DNA of 64,000 bases from an uncultured delta proteobacterium (GCA_963790475.1 CAWBOS010000012.1:896001-960000); one strand, 5' to 3'; positions 50,616 to 62,139 are shown, counted from the first letter of the stretch. Notes: generated by a model not told the origin, from the sequence alone. Numbers and translations: made by a program.

Positions 50616-51689
50616 ATGCGCCCTCGGAAGAAAACAGACCCATCAGAACCCAAAAGCAGCCCGGAATTTCTCCAAATGAGTTTAGCGGCGGCCATGACCC
50701 TGGGATTGAAAGAAGGATTGTTTTTTCGGGATGCCCGCCTTTACTGCCTTAACCTTTTATTGACCTACCCGGAAGGCTGCCGGGCCAATTGTGCCTACTG
50801 CGGTCTGCAAAAATCAAGGGAAGGGGTGTTTGGAGAAAAAAGTTTTATCCGGGTGGCCTGGCCGACTTACGATTTGGAGACGATCATTCAAAAAACCAAA
50901 GAACAGAAAAATCGTCTTTTTCGGGTATGCATCTCCATGATCACCCATCCCCGGGCCGTTGAGGATACCCTTTATCTGACCGAACGATTTCAAAAGGAGG
51001 TGGGCCTGCCCATTTCCATCCTGATGAATCCTACCAGCATGACACCCTCTGATCTTCAAGATTTGAAAAAGAACGGGGCCCAGATGGCCGCTGTGGCCCT
51101 GGACCTGGCTAATGAAAAATTATTCGACTTGCACCGGGGTGAAAGTGTGGGTGGACCTCACCGGTTTGATCAATACTGGTCCATGCTGGCGGCCACGGCC
51201 GAAATTTTTGGAAAAAACAAGACCGGCTGCCACCTGATTGTCGGATTAGGAGAAAAAGAAGTTGAAATGGTTCAAAGGATCCAAAAAGTGAGGGACCTGG
51301 GGGCCCGGACCCATTTGTTTTCCTTTTATCCGGAAAAAGGCTCAAGGCTGGCTCGGGAAAAGCCCTGTCCGGTAGACCAATTCCGCCGGATCCAATTGGC
51401 CCGTTACCTGATTGATTTTGATCACAGCCGTGCGGAAGGTATGGATTTTGACGACCGGGGACGGATCATTTCCTTTGGCTTGAAGAAGGCTGGGGTCGAA
51501 CAATGGATTGATTCCGGGAAACCATTTATGACCAGCGGATGCCCGGGAGGAGGGATGGAAACGGCCTGTAACCGCCCTTATGGGGACGGCCCCCCCCGGG
51601 ACATTCGAAGTTTCCCCTTTCCACTGGAAGAAGAAGATATCGCCTTGGTAAAACAACAACTGAGATTTTATGACAGGGCATTTTCTTAA
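50616..51689 (+). CDS. Radical SAM protein, LipS2/biotin-synthase-like
   Basis: CRANCAYC, HLIVGLGE, C-terminal TSGCP...CNRP. Confidence 0.8.
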   Translation: MRPRKKTDPSEPKSSPEFLQMSLAAAMTLGLKEGLFFRDARLYCLNLLLTYPEGCRANCAYCGLQKSREGVFGEKSFIRVAWPTYDLETIIQKTKEQKNRLFRVCISMITHPRAVEDTLYLTERFQKEVGLPISILMNPTSMTPSDLQDLKKNGAQMAAVALDLANEKLFDLHRGESVGGPHRFDQYWSMLAATAEIFGKNKTGCHLIVGLGEKEVEMVQRIQKVRDLGARTHLFSFYPEKGSRLAREKPCPVDQFRRIQLARYLIDFDHSRAEGMDFDDRGRIISFGLKKAGVEQWIDSGKPFMTSGCPGGGMETACNRPYGDGPPRDIRSFPFPLEEEDIALVKQQLRFYDRAFS

Positions 51690-51787
51690 GGGCGGTCGAG
51701 ATAAAAAAATTACCACCATCGGAGGATTTAATAATGGAACAACAGCCATGGCATAAACATTATGATTACAATGTACCGACGACGATT

Positions 51788-51846
51788 CGTTACCCCCGTA
51801 TCCCGGTCCATGACTAGTTCTGGACCCGGCTTCCGTGGGGGTGGCG
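51788..51846. repeat. Degenerate REP-like element
   Basis: CGTTACCCCCG...GGTCCA...TGGACC...GGGGGTGGCG between convergent genes. Confidence 0.5.
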
Positions 51847-51904
51847 CCATTGAGACTTATTGGGAGTACATCAATGATGATGGATCCGTAAAAAGACCAT
51901 CATC

Positions 51905-52375
51905 TCAGAACCTCAGGGTGGCTTTAAACCGTAAAGGATTAAGCAAGAGGGTTAAGGCACTCATGGCGCTCCGGACATGGATGTCGGCGGCCATAATGGC
52001 CTCAACGGCACACCCTTCCTCTTCCGTGACGGCAATTCCGACCTTGGCTGATTTCAGCATTCGGCGGTCGTTGTTGCCGTTTCCCAGGGCAATCACTTTC
52101 TCCGGGCCGATTTTTTTTAGGTATTCCTCTTTTTGTACATCATGATCCGGACCGGTCAGAATTTGGATTTGGCAGGGAACCCCGGCCAGGGCTTCTCTGG
52201 CCCGGCCGAAGGTGTCGGCTGTCAGAATATGAATGGTCAATTTCTCCGATAGTCGGTTTAAACCGTCTTTAACTCCGGGCAGCAAATGTCCATCCACCGA
52301 AAGGGTTCCGGTGAAATCGGATACCAAATGGGACAAATGAATTGGTCCGAAACCCGGGATATCCATTTCGATCAT
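51905..52375 (-). CDS. HAD-like soluble P-type-ATPase-related hydrolase
   Basis: DFTGTL, LTADTFG, GNGNND. Confidence 0.85.
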   Translation of the reverse strand: MIEMDIPGFGPIHLSHLVSDFTGTLSVDGHLLPGVKDGLNRLSEKLTIHILTADTFGRAREALAGVPCQIQILTGPDHDVQKEEYLKKIGPEKVIALGNGNNDRRMLKSAKVGIAVTEEEGCAVEAIMAADIHVRSAMSALTLLLNPLRFKATLRF

Positions 52376-54912
52376 AATGCTTCCTCTTTGGCATTCAAAT
52401 AGCCTTGAATTTCTTCACTCTCCGGATCCTGTTTGAGGGCTTCTATAAAACAATCCTGGGCTTCCTGGTGTTTATTCAAATTTCGGAAAGAAAGGCCCAA
52501 GAGCCGGTAAACCTCTCTCGATGGTCCCCCTTGCCCCAGGGCTTGCTGTAAGGCGTCCACGGCCCTTTTGGGGAAATCGTTCATCAGCAGGGCCCTCCCC
52601 AAATTTATCCAGTAGGCACTTTTGGTCGGTTCGATACGAGTGGCTTGCTGGCAAAGGGACAAAGCCACCTTGATGCTTTCACCCTGTTGAAGGTAAAGCC
52701 CCCCCAGGCGGGACAAACAAAAGGCATTCTGGGGATTGTCTTTTAAGGCCTTTTTATACCAGGCCATGGCCTCTTTCCCTTTACCCAAGGATTCTTCCGT
52801 TTCCCCCAGAACCCGGTAAATAAACCCTCTTTTATTCGGGGATTCTTCGGCCCTTTTGAACCAATGATAGGCCTGAGGGATGTTCCCTTGTTCCCGGTAG
52901 AGCCTTCCCAGATGATAGGCCAGATCAAAATCGACGCCATTTCTTCGGGCCAAGGTTTCCCAGGTTTCGATCGCTTCTTCATTCCTCCCCAGCCGGGCCA
53001 GGGCAAATCCCAGATTGAAAGAGGCCATAAAATCATCCTTCGATAGGGCCAGGACCTGATGAAAGGATTTAACGGCCTGTTTCAGTTGCCCTTGATCGGC
53101 ATAACAAACTCCCAGGCTGTTCAAGGCGTTGATATTTCCAGGATCAAGGATCAAGGCTTTTTCATATTCCCGGATGGCTTCAATGAGGTCTCCGCGTTGG
53201 TAAAGTTTGTCCCCGCTGATGTTGAGGCTGACGGAATCAAAAGCGATAAAGGAACCCGGGCCCAGGAAGGCCAGATGATCCAGGGCCTTTACCGTGTTTT
53301 CAAGAATCTCCCCCTTATGAAAGGGGGGACAAGGATAATCGGCCAGGGCAAAAGAAAGGGATAGATTAAGGGTTTGTTTGAATTGTTCCATTAAATTCCT
53401 GGCCCACACGCCCCCCTCTGCCTTATCCATTTCCGGGATAAAAAGGATAAAACCATCTCGGCCATAGGGACCAACCAAACCGCCGGCCGGCAGCCTTTCT
53501 TCCAGGCCGAGGTTCATTTCTTTTTGAATTTCTTTCAGGCTCCTTTCCCCCCAGAGCTTTAATCGGTTGGCGTAATCATCCATCCGCCCGATGAGCAGAG
53601 AAAATTTTTCAGTGACTTTAAGAGCCTCTCGAAATTTCTGCTGGAACATTTGAAAGGAGCGAAGCGGGAGGTTAGATAAAGGGGCTCCTTCTTTTAGGTC
53701 CCCCATTCTCTTACTTCCGGGGGAGGCCAGTCGAACCCAATCATCTTTTTGAATGCTCAATCCCGATTGCTGCAGATAGATGACTTCGGCAATACAGAGA
53801 TCTTCCTGTATCTCCAGCGGAATAGCCAATCCTTTCTCTTTTTCCGGGTCGCCGTCTTCCAGGATGGAAAATCGCATGAAAGGGCTGACCCCGGCTTTTT
53901 GTCCCAGGTTAATGACGATTCGATGACCGGGGAGAAGGTCCAAGACTCTGCCGGCTTGAAAAAGTATTTCATCATAAGCCAGGGCAGTATTTTCTCCCAA
54001 GTATTGAGCTGAAATAAAGGCGGTCCAGGCCTGTTCCCACCACAGGCTTACCCGATAATACTGGGAAGGTTTCCCTTGAATGGTTTCTTGGCTTCGGGGG
54101 TTAAACCCGGCCCATCCCAACTGATAAATAAACTTTGATTTCATCCCCGGGGTAACCTGAAAGAGGGGAAAAGGAGGATTCCTTCCTTCTTCCAGGGAGG
54201 GAACAACAAAACCGAGGATCAAAGGTTCGTGGTGGATCGTGGCCAGGATTGTCCCCTTAGGAAAGGAACCGGAAATTTCTTTAATCCAGGCCCGCGACTC
54301 GGCCTCCGGGGAAGTGGAGAAAAAACCTATCGGGGGATGTTTTGGTTTAAGAGAGAGAAATCCAAGGATCAAGGCCCGGGAAGACTGCCCCTCCGCCAGA
54401 CTTAACTTCTCTGGTTTTCGGTTTCCCTTTTTTTTGGTGAATTCCTTTAAAACCCGAATCAGGAATTTTCGGAAAGCCCCTTCATGATAAAGGCCGGTAA
54501 CAGGGTCCAACTGGACCTGCTTCCTTAAGGCGGTCATTTCCAGGGCGATGCCGGACAGTCTTTCCAACAGCATCCTTTCTCCGGCTTCAGGAACCTGAGG
54601 CAGACCGAAAAGGACCAGGAAGCCTATCGGTGCGCCGTGAAAGACCAAAGGCGAAAAAAGTCTTTTTCTCCCCGGGTCATAATACATTTCCTTTTGGGTG
54701 ACCCAGTTGCTGCCTACATATTCTTCCAGGTTCCCGCCCTCCTTCCAGGTCAGGGCCGATTGGGGACGTTCGGGAAAATAAAAATTGAGGGAATGGAAAG
54801 CAAAGAGCCCCTGGAAAATTTTGAAAAACAGGGTACGGGAAGCCAGCAGATCTTCAGGGGAAATATCCGGGGTGGTGGAAAAAGGCATCAGGGCATATCC
54901 TTTGTTGCTCAA
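52372..54912 (-). CDS. TPR-repeat protein with degenerate GGDEF-like domain(s)
   Basis: LDPVTGLYH, YGRDGF, multiple C-terminal TPRs; start uncertain. Confidence 0.75.
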   Translation of the reverse strand: MSNKGYALMPFSTTPDISPEDLLASRTLFFKIFQGLFAFHSLNFYFPERPQSALTWKEGGNLEEYVGSNWVTQKEMYYDPGRKRLFSPLVFHGAPIGFLVLFGLPQVPEAGERMLLERLSGIALEMTALRKQVQLDPVTGLYHEGAFRKFLIRVLKEFTKKKGNRKPEKLSLAEGQSSRALILGFLSLKPKHPPIGFFSTSPEAESRAWIKEISGSFPKGTILATIHHEPLILGFVVPSLEEGRNPPFPLFQVTPGMKSKFIYQLGWAGFNPRSQETIQGKPSQYYRVSLWWEQAWTAFISAQYLGENTALAYDEILFQAGRVLDLLPGHRIVINLGQKAGVSPFMRFSILEDGDPEKEKGLAIPLEIQEDLCIAEVIYLQQSGLSIQKDDWVRLASPGSKRMGDLKEGAPLSNLPLRSFQMFQQKFREALKVTEKFSLLIGRMDDYANRLKLWGERSLKEIQKEMNLGLEERLPAGGLVGPYGRDGFILFIPEMDKAEGGVWARNLMEQFKQTLNLSLSFALADYPCPPFHKGEILENTVKALDHLAFLGPGSFIAFDSVSLNISGDKLYQRGDLIEAIREYEKALILDPGNINALNSLGVCYADQGQLKQAVKSFHQVLALSKDDFMASFNLGFALARLGRNEEAIETWETLARRNGVDFDLAYHLGRLYREQGNIPQAYHWFKRAEESPNKRGFIYRVLGETEESLGKGKEAMAWYKKALKDNPQNAFCLSRLGGLYLQQGESIKVALSLCQQATRIEPTKSAYWINLGRALLMNDFPKRAVDALQQALGQGGPSREVYRLLGLSFRNLNKHQEAQDCFIEALKQDPESEEIQGYLNAKEEAL

Positions 54913-55053
54913 GAATTCTTCTTGGGAAAGATATACGGATGCCTGAATTTTGTCAACAAGCAGTTCCGGATATGATTTACAACTTGACAGAAAAGACGGC
55001 TATATTATAGATTTAAAAGATTAGGTTCATAACTTTTGGAGGTTAAATTCAAC

Positions 55054-55953
55054 ATGAATATCTATGTCCGGGCCATGCGTTTGCCCTTCCTCACCGGTTC
55101 CTTGGTCCCGGTCCTTCTGGCCGCCGGCCAGGCCTATCATCATGGCTCTTTCCGCATCCTCGAATTCTTCTTGATCATGATAGGCGTGGGGTCCCTTCAT
55201 CTGGCCGCTAACCTGATCAATGACTATTTCGATGCCCGAGGAAGCGATGTCCTCAACCTGCATCCCACTCCGTTCAGCGGTGGAAGCCGGGTCATCCAGG
55301 AGGAATCGTTAAGCGCCCGCCGGGTATTATTCCTGTCGATCTTCTTTTTCGCCCTGGCCATAATCACCGGCCTGCTCCTTTTGCTGATGGGCTATCCTTA
55401 TGTGGCCTTGGTCGGCCTTTTGGGCCTTCTGTCCGGATTGCTTTACTCCGTCGATCCGGTTAAGTTCATGTCTCGCGGCCTTGGCGAAATAACGATCTTT
55501 CTGGCCTTCGGACCTTTGATCACCTGGGGGACTTACTATGGCCTGACCGGTCAATTGACTTGGCCGGCTTTTTTCCTGGGGTTCCCTCTGGGATTCCTGA
55601 TCACCGCCGTTGTCTGGATCAACCAGTTTCCTGATTTTCAGGCTGATCGAGCCGCTCATAAAAACAACCTGGTGGTTCGACTGGGCCTCGAAAATTCCCG
55701 CTGGGTCTATCTGGTTTTGATGCTTCTCCCTTTTCCGTTTCTCTTTTTTTTATGGGGGACCCAGGAAATATCCTTTCTGGCCCTTCTGGCCTGGCTGGCC
55801 CTGCCCCTGGCCCTGAAAGCCGTTCGTATTTTCTGGGGCAGCTTTCAAACCTTTGAACAGATCATCCCGGCCCAGGCCCTGACCATTCAAACCAATATGG
55901 CTGTTGGGGTGCTTATGCTGGCCGGCATAATGATCGGGCATTTTATCTCTTAG
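55054..55953 (+). CDS. menA: 1,4-dihydroxy-2-naphthoate prenyltransferase (UbiA family)
   Basis: RLPFL, NDYFD...D, FSGGSR, GLGE, NQFPDFQAD. Confidence 0.85.
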   Translation: MNIYVRAMRLPFLTGSLVPVLLAAGQAYHHGSFRILEFFLIMIGVGSLHLAANLINDYFDARGSDVLNLHPTPFSGGSRVIQEESLSARRVLFLSIFFFALAIITGLLLLLMGYPYVALVGLLGLLSGLLYSVDPVKFMSRGLGEITIFLAFGPLITWGTYYGLTGQLTWPAFFLGFPLGFLITAVVWINQFPDFQADRAAHKNNLVVRLGLENSRWVYLVLMLLPFPFLFFLWGTQEISFLALLAWLALPLALKAVRIFWGSFQTFEQIIPAQALTIQTNMAVGVLMLAGIMIGHFIS

Positions 55954-56229
55954 TGGATCAGGGCTGAAATCAGCGGCCTGGTGGGGCTGCCGTGCACCTT
56001 CGTTATTTTTGACTTCAACCATTGATACGGGTTTAACCTGGCCGCCCTTCTACTGCCGCAATGGCCGAGATAATCGAGAAGTTTTTTAAGGTTATCCCAG
56101 GTCCTGTCTGAGACTGGGATCCATGACTCAATGGGGGCCGGACTATTCGCCTGGTTAAGAAACAATCTTCTTTAAAGGTCTTACCCTAGGCAATCAGAGC
56201 GGTCAGAGGGGTCTATTCTATTTCTTATC

Positions 56230-58272
56230 TTATTCTCTCCTTAGCAGTTCCAATGCCTTTTCCACCACCCGATCGGCTGTGAGACCGAACTTTTCATATA
56301 AAATCTTGTCGGGGGCCGAAGCACCGAAATGATCCAGGCCGATTACCAGGCCCTGGTCTCCCACATAGCGATGCCACCCTTGTGGGCTTCCGGCCTCGAT
56401 GGCCACCCGGGCCTTGACCTCTGGAGGCAATATCCGGTGGCGGTATTCTTTAGGTTGCTTCTCAAACAATTCCCAACTGGGCATACTGACCACCTGCGAA
56501 GGAATTCCCATGGCCAATAGTTTTTCCCCGGCTCCCAGGGCGATAGAAATTTCCGAACCCGTGGCCATCAGAATAAGCTTTGGTTGGGTTTCTTTGGACC
56601 CTGTAAGACCATAAGCACCGAAGGCTAAGTTATCGGCCGGTGGCATCAGGCTCCGATCCAGGGTGGGCAGATTTTGTCGGCTCAACACCAAAGCAGTCGG
56701 ACCATTCTTTGTTTTCAGGGCCATTCGCCAAGCCTGGGCCGTTTCATTGGCATCGGCCGGCCGGATGACCGTCAAATTGGGTATGGCCCGAAGGGCAGCT
56801 AATTGCTCGATGGGTTGATGGGTAGGGCCGTCTTCTCCCAGACCGATGCTGTCATGGGTGAAAACGTAAATGACCCGTAAGCCCATCATGGCCGCCAGCC
56901 TTATGGTCGGACGCATGTAATCGGAGAAGATCAGGAATGTTCCGCCGTAAGGGATGATGCCCCCGTGCAGGGCCATGCCGTTCATGAGGGATCCCATGCC
57001 GTGTTCCCGAACCCCGAATCGGACATTGCGCTGATCGTAGGTTCCGGCCTGAAAATCTTTGGAGCCTTTAATTTCCGTTTTGTTGGATGGGGCCAGATCG
57101 GCGGAGCCGCCGATCAGATTCGGAATCCTGGCGGCCAGGGCATTAAGCACTGATCCCGAGGCCGCCCGGGTGGCCATCCCCTTGGGATCGGCTGGAAAAA
57201 CGGGGATTCCCTGTTCCCACCCTTCAGGCAGGTCTCCGGCCGTAATCCGCTTCCATTCCCCGGCTAATTCGGGATAGGCTTTTTCATAGGCGGCCAACAG
57301 ATTGGTCCATTCCTTTTCTCTTTTTTCTCCATCCTTAACAGGCTTTCGCAATATCTTTTGAACTTCAGGCGGGATATAGAAGGTCGGCTCCAAAGGCCAG
57401 CCCAGATTTTCCTTGGTCAGTCGGACCTCTTCCGTTCCCAACGGCTCCCCATGACAACCGGCCGTATTCTGCTTGTTAGGGCTTCCCCACCCGATACAGG
57501 TGCGAACGGCGATTAGGGATGGTCGTTCGGTTTGGGCCTTGGCCTTCCGTATCGCTTTCCCAATGGCCTTAAGATCATTCCCCTCTTCAACCTGCTGGAC
57601 ATGCCAGCCGTAGGCCTTGAACCGGTCCAGCCGGTTCTCGGTAAAGGCAATGTCCGTGCTGCCCTCAATGGAAATGTGATTGTCATCGTACAGGTAAATC
57701 AGCTTGCCCAATTTCAGGTGACCGGCCAGGGATGCGGCCTCGTGAGAAACCCCTTCCATCAAATCCCCGTCGCTGACAATGGCATAAGTGTAATGATCCA
57801 CGATGGGAAAATTTGGGCGGTTAAAGCGGGCGGCCAAAAAGCTTTCGGCCATGGCCATACCCACCCCGTTGGCAAAGCCCTGTCCCAGGGGTCCGGTGGT
57901 GGTTTCCACTCCCGGAGTATGTTGGTATTCGGGATGGCCCGGGGTTTTACTTCCCCACTGCCTGAAGGCCTTCAGATCATCCAGCGTAAGGTCATAACCG
58001 GTGAGATGCAGCAAACTGTACAGCAGCATGGAGCCGTGCCCTGCGGAAAGAACAAACCGGTCCCGGTCCGGCCACTTCGGGTTCCGGGGGTTGTGTTTCA
58101 GGAAACGGGTCCAAAGGACATAAGCCATAGGGGCCGCGCCCATGGGCATGCCGGGATGCCCGGAATTGGCCTTTTGGACCGCATCTACGGCCAACATGCG
58201 GATGGTGTTGATACAAAGATTGTCCAAAGAATCAAGCCGGGAGGGGTTTATGGTCTGATTGGTTTCTTTCAT
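56230..58272 (-). CDS. tkt: Transketolase
   Basis: [42 protein letters not shown]. Confidence 0.97.
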   Translation of the reverse strand: MKETNQTINPSRLDSLDNLCINTIRMLAVDAVQKANSGHPGMPMGAAPMAYVLWTRFLKHNPRNPKWPDRDRFVLSAGHGSMLLYSLLHLTGYDLTLDDLKAFRQWGSKTPGHPEYQHTPGVETTTGPLGQGFANGVGMAMAESFLAARFNRPNFPIVDHYTYAIVSDGDLMEGVSHEAASLAGHLKLGKLIYLYDDNHISIEGSTDIAFTENRLDRFKAYGWHVQQVEEGNDLKAIGKAIRKAKAQTERPSLIAVRTCIGWGSPNKQNTAGCHGEPLGTEEVRLTKENLGWPLEPTFYIPPEVQKILRKPVKDGEKREKEWTNLLAAYEKAYPELAGEWKRITAGDLPEGWEQGIPVFPADPKGMATRAASGSVLNALAARIPNLIGGSADLAPSNKTEIKGSKDFQAGTYDQRNVRFGVREHGMGSLMNGMALHGGIIPYGGTFLIFSDYMRPTIRLAAMMGLRVIYVFTHDSIGLGEDGPTHQPIEQLAALRAIPNLTVIRPADANETAQAWRMALKTKNGPTALVLSRQNLPTLDRSLMPPADNLAFGAYGLTGSKETQPKLILMATGSEISIALGAGEKLLAMGIPSQVVSMPSWELFEKQPKEYRHRILPPEVKARVAIEAGSPQGWHRYVGDQGLVIGLDHFGASAPDKILYEKFGLTADRVVEKALELLRRE

Positions 58273-58829
58273 CGGGTTATCTCCAAATTAATAAGGGAAT
58301 GGTGTTCTTAAAAAACCAGCCCAATCTATTCCAAGAAGCCCCGCTTGTAAACCAATTTTTTCCCTTAAGCCTCTCCTTTTTTCCCCAACTCCGAACCCCT
58401 TTTTGTCGGTAAATCTTTTTTGGGCATCAGCTTTCAGCCCTTAAAGATTTTCTCCAAACTACCCATTCTTCATTCCCAGGTCCCTTTTTTAAGATCCTGG
58501 TGAAAGGTCGAAACCTTAATATCAATTTTTTGAATAAGATTTGACAATCATTAATTGATATTTATATATTTTAAATCAATAAGTTAAATCATAAGACCTT
58601 AAATCTTGATAAACAGGGCCGGGATTAAGAGAATAAAAATAGTCCTGTTTGTAAATCCAATTCAGTTTATTTATTTTCTTGACTTGCATTCTCTCTTTTG
58701 ATCTAATGTCCCCCAAGATTTGAAAATGGTCGGAAATAAGCCCTCCAGCTCTATTTCCCGTGGCCCCGTAATCGAGAGTGAAACGAACCTATAAGCTCAA
58801 TTTATCTGAGACCAGAGAAATAGAGAAAT

Positions 58830-60104
58830 ATGGAGAAAACTCTTTCAGTGTCAGGTGTCCAGGACCAAATTATAAATCCTTTTTCAACGCCCCTCCAAAA
58901 TCCAGGATCCGATAAAAAGCTCAAGATCCTGACCGCCGCCGAAGAAATCATATCCAACAAGGGTTTTAAAGAAGCGACCATTTCCGAAATAGCCTCTCAG
59001 GCCGGAATCAATGACTCGATCATCTACCGCTATTTCAAGGGGAAAGAAGATGTTCTTTTCTCCATTATAGAAGAAAGACTAAAAGAGGGACTGGCCCTTT
59101 TGGATAGGGATCTTCAAGGACTCATCGATCCTAAAAGCCAGCTTAGAAAGATGATGTGGGGAAATCTTTGGTACCAAAACGCTTATTCAGCTTATTCCCG
59201 AATCCTTTTGTTTGAGTGCCGTTCCTCCACCAGATTTTATTCATCGCCGGCTTATCTTCTCTTGCAAAAATATGTTGCCCGTCTTACGACCATTTTGGAA
59301 CAAGGGATAAAAGAAAGCATATTCCGTGGCGATGTAACCATATCCTTGATGCGTGATATGGTCTTTGGAGTATTAGACATGATCACCATCGGGTTTCACG
59401 AGTTGAAAGAGGTAGAGAACCCCATGTTCGATTTTGAGGATGCGGCGGCCCTGATGGAATTTATCCTGGCCCCCAGACAAGAGACGGAAAGGGCCATCCC
59501 CGATAAATCCTCTATTATTCTCGAATCGGCCGAGAAAGTATTTGCCCAAAAGGGATATGATAGGGCCAAAATGACCGAGATTGCTCAACTGGCGGGTGTA
59601 GCCGACGGGACCGTCTACGAATACTTCGAAAACAAGGAACTCCTCCTTTTCTCCATACCCAAGAGACGGTTTGAACAATATTTCAACGACCTGTCTGGGG
59701 TCATTCATCCTGAATTTGCGGTCAGCAAACTAAAGAAATTAATTATGTATCATTTTTCAACCTTCCTGGGCGATCCTGATTTTTCAAGGATTTTTGTTCT
59801 CAATCTTTTCTTAAATAAAGGATTTTACCACTCTGAGGCCTTTGAAGCCTTTCAAAATTATTACCGATTGCTGGAAGAAGTCCTCGAAGAGGGAAAGACG
59901 GAGGGGGTTTTTCGCTCCGAGGTGAATCCGAGAGTTTTTCGGAATATGCTATTAGGAACCTTCTGCCACATGGTGACGCGCTGGATCGCTGATCGTAAGA
60001 TGAATGAGGTAGGTATGATGAAGGAAGTGAATCAGATGGCCGATCTGATGGCGAATGCCGTTTTGGTGGCGAAGTTCCCAGACGGATCGGGAGCCAAAGA
60101 TTAG
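58830..60104 (+). CDS. Tandem (double) TetR family regulator
   Basis: Two HTH units: KGFKEATISEIA...IYRYFKGKE and KGYDRAKMTEIA...VYEYFENKE. Confidence 0.88.
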   Translation: MEKTLSVSGVQDQIINPFSTPLQNPGSDKKLKILTAAEEIISNKGFKEATISEIASQAGINDSIIYRYFKGKEDVLFSIIEERLKEGLALLDRDLQGLIDPKSQLRKMMWGNLWYQNAYSAYSRILLFECRSSTRFYSSPAYLLLQKYVARLTTILEQGIKESIFRGDVTISLMRDMVFGVLDMITIGFHELKEVENPMFDFEDAAALMEFILAPRQETERAIPDKSSIILESAEKVFAQKGYDRAKMTEIAQLAGVADGTVYEYFENKELLLFSIPKRRFEQYFNDLSGVIHPEFAVSKLKKLIMYHFSTFLGDPDFSRIFVLNLFLNKGFYHSEAFEAFQNYYRLLEEVLEEGKTEGVFRSEVNPRVFRNMLLGTFCHMVTRWIADRKMNEVGMMKEVNQMADLMANAVLVAKFPDGSGAKD

Positions 60105-60234
60105 TTTCTATTCGAGAGTAGGAGGTGGTGTGGATCGAGAAAAATGACTGGATATTAATTCGGTTAGGAAAATGAAACTGGCAATAAGATCTGTTTCTTT
60201 ATTAATTATTCAGATTATTAAAAGGAGAAACGAA

Positions 60235-60747
60235 ATGAAAAGAATTGCAACTTGTTTATGTGTTGTCCTGGCCTTAGCGCTGGGAATCACCTTAGTTCCC
60301 GTATTGACCTCGGCCGCGGAATTTTCTTATGACAGTCCGCCGGCCTTTACCGTGACCTATCCCGCCGGCAGTACGGACGAGGAAAAGACTGACCCTACGC
60401 AAATATGGAGAATCCAGTATCCGGGAGGATATTTCGCTGACGCTTCCGTTGCACCCATTCCCGAAGGTATTGCGCTGAAGGATTATGCGGAAAAAGCTTA
60501 CAAGCCGGGTCTCGAGAAAGACCAGAAAGCCACAGCCAGGATGAGCGACAACAAGGAGATCACCCTCTCGGATGGTACCAAGGCTTACTACTCCGAAATA
60601 AGCTGGACCCACCCACCCACCGGTACTCCTATTACCACAATGATTGTTTCGGCTTACAAGGACGGAAAGGTGATTACCATCGGAGCTCATCCCTATGGAA
60701 ATTATGGCCAATATGAGAAACTCGTCAAGAGCCTCAAGTTTAAATAA
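60235..60747 (+). CDS. Exported hypothetical protein (possibly PsbP/Mog1-like fold)
   Basis: RBS AAGGAG, signal peptide, FTVTYP...LVKSLKFK pattern. Confidence 0.7.
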   Translation: MKRIATCLCVVLALALGITLVPVLTSAAEFSYDSPPAFTVTYPAGSTDEEKTDPTQIWRIQYPGGYFADASVAPIPEGIALKDYAEKAYKPGLEKDQKATARMSDNKEITLSDGTKAYYSEISWTHPPTGTPITTMIVSAYKDGKVITIGAHPYGNYGQYEKLVKSLKFK

Positions 60748-60988
60748 CTTCTATGGAAAGTCACCGTTTCGGTAACTTCATGCAAACAGATTGACCGAGC
60801 AGATCGAAGATAAACTAAAACAGATTCTTCGGTCGTTGATATTTGAAAAATAAATTTTGAAACGTTTCCTCTTCTCTTCCACAACAGATGGATGATCGCT
60901 CTTGCCTCTTTAGACTGAAGGCCGGAGCGGTCATCCCTCTTGTCTCGAGATTAGGTTGCCTATGAAGGAAAGTTAGAAAAAAAGGGCC

Positions 60989-61945
60989 ATGCGTAAATAC
61001 ATCCTTGAAAGACTCATATATACCGTAATTCTTTTATTCCTGGTCTCGATCCTTATCTTTACCCTGGTCAGGCTTCTACCCGGAGACCCGGTATCTTTTG
61101 CGGCCATGGCCAATTCGGATCTGGCCGACAAGACCATCATGGCCGAACTGCGGGCCCGGTATGGCCTGGATAAGCCGATCTATACCCAATACGTTATCTG
61201 GCTGAAGGACTTTGTTCAGGGACAATGGGGAAAATCAATAGGAAGTGGGGAACCCGTCATGGACATGTTCCTGAGCCGACTGCCTGTGACCGTGGAGCTC
61301 TTTTTAGGAGCAACCTTCTGGTCCTTTCTCATAGGCTTCCCGGTGGGGATCATAGGGGCCCTCAGGCGAAACTCACCCCTTGACGCCTTTCTGACAACAA
61401 GTTCTATTATCGGGGTTTCCATCCCGGCCTTTTGGGAAGGGATTGTCTTTATCTATCTCTTTGCCGTTATTTTTCCAATCTTTCCCCCCTCCGGATATGT
61501 TCCCTTTTTCGAGAGTCCCTGGGAGAATATGCTTTCGGTTCTCATGCCCACCTTTATTATGGGTACGGGGAGCGCCGGCCTGCTGGCCCGCTATGTGCGA
61601 TCCAGTTTCCTGGAGGTCATGGGTCAGGATTTTATCCGAACCGCGCGGGCCAAGGGAGTAAAAGGACCGGGGGTGATTCGTAAACATGCCTTTAAGCCGG
61701 CCATGTTACCTGTGGTCACGGTCATCGGTTTGAGCTGGGCTCAACTGGTGAGTGGAGCTTTTATTGTCGAATTTATGTTTGCTATTCCCGGTCTGGGCCG
61801 GATGGGGATCGATGCCGTCTTTGCCAGAGATTTTCCGGTGCTCCAGGTCGTACTGGTTATCGTAGCCTTAAATGTCTTACTAATGAATTTGTTCGTCGAT
61901 CTCTTATATGGCCTTCTGGATCCCAGGGTGCGAGTAAACAGATGA
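60989..61945 (+). CDS. dppB: Peptide/nickel ABC permease (DppB/OppB)
   Basis: LPGDP, GLDKP, SIPAFW, RTARAKG, IPGLG, RDFP. Confidence 0.88.
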   Translation: MRKYILERLIYTVILLFLVSILIFTLVRLLPGDPVSFAAMANSDLADKTIMAELRARYGLDKPIYTQYVIWLKDFVQGQWGKSIGSGEPVMDMFLSRLPVTVELFLGATFWSFLIGFPVGIIGALRRNSPLDAFLTTSSIIGVSIPAFWEGIVFIYLFAVIFPIFPPSGYVPFFESPWENMLSVLMPTFIMGTGSAGLLARYVRSSFLEVMGQDFIRTARAKGVKGPGVIRKHAFKPAMLPVVTVIGLSWAQLVSGAFIVEFMFAIPGLGRMGIDAVFARDFPVLQVVLVIVALNVLLMNLFVDLLYGLLDPRVRVNR

Positions 61946-62110
61946 TTGATGGTCTCATGGAAAATCCCACCCACGTCACCCCGGCCAAAGTCGGGGTCCA
62001 GGCTATTCATGGGGGATTTAAATTCTGGATTCCCCCGGGTCTGGTCCGGGGCAGGCTTAGTCAAGCCCGGACGAGAACGGAATTTGAGAAATTTTTTCAA
62101 GTTCGTAAGT
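61946..62110. repeat. REP-like element between dppB and dppC
   Basis: CGTCACCCCGGCCAAAGTCGGGGTCCAG...CTGGATTCC...CCGGGGCAGGCTT. Confidence 0.65.
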
Positions 62111-62139
62111 TATTCGGTAATAAAAAGGAAAAGTAAATT

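Noticed and set aside
55950-56165. 71-aa ORF between menA and tkt
   Set aside because: No RBS or recognisable motif; may be decayed coding DNA but cannot be supported.
57532-58311. Long antisense or alternative-frame ORFs (also 26807-27823, 5441-6148, 19369-20064, 34231-34974, 63560-64000)
   Set aside because: Shadows of well-supported genes on the opposite strand, with no motifs of their own.
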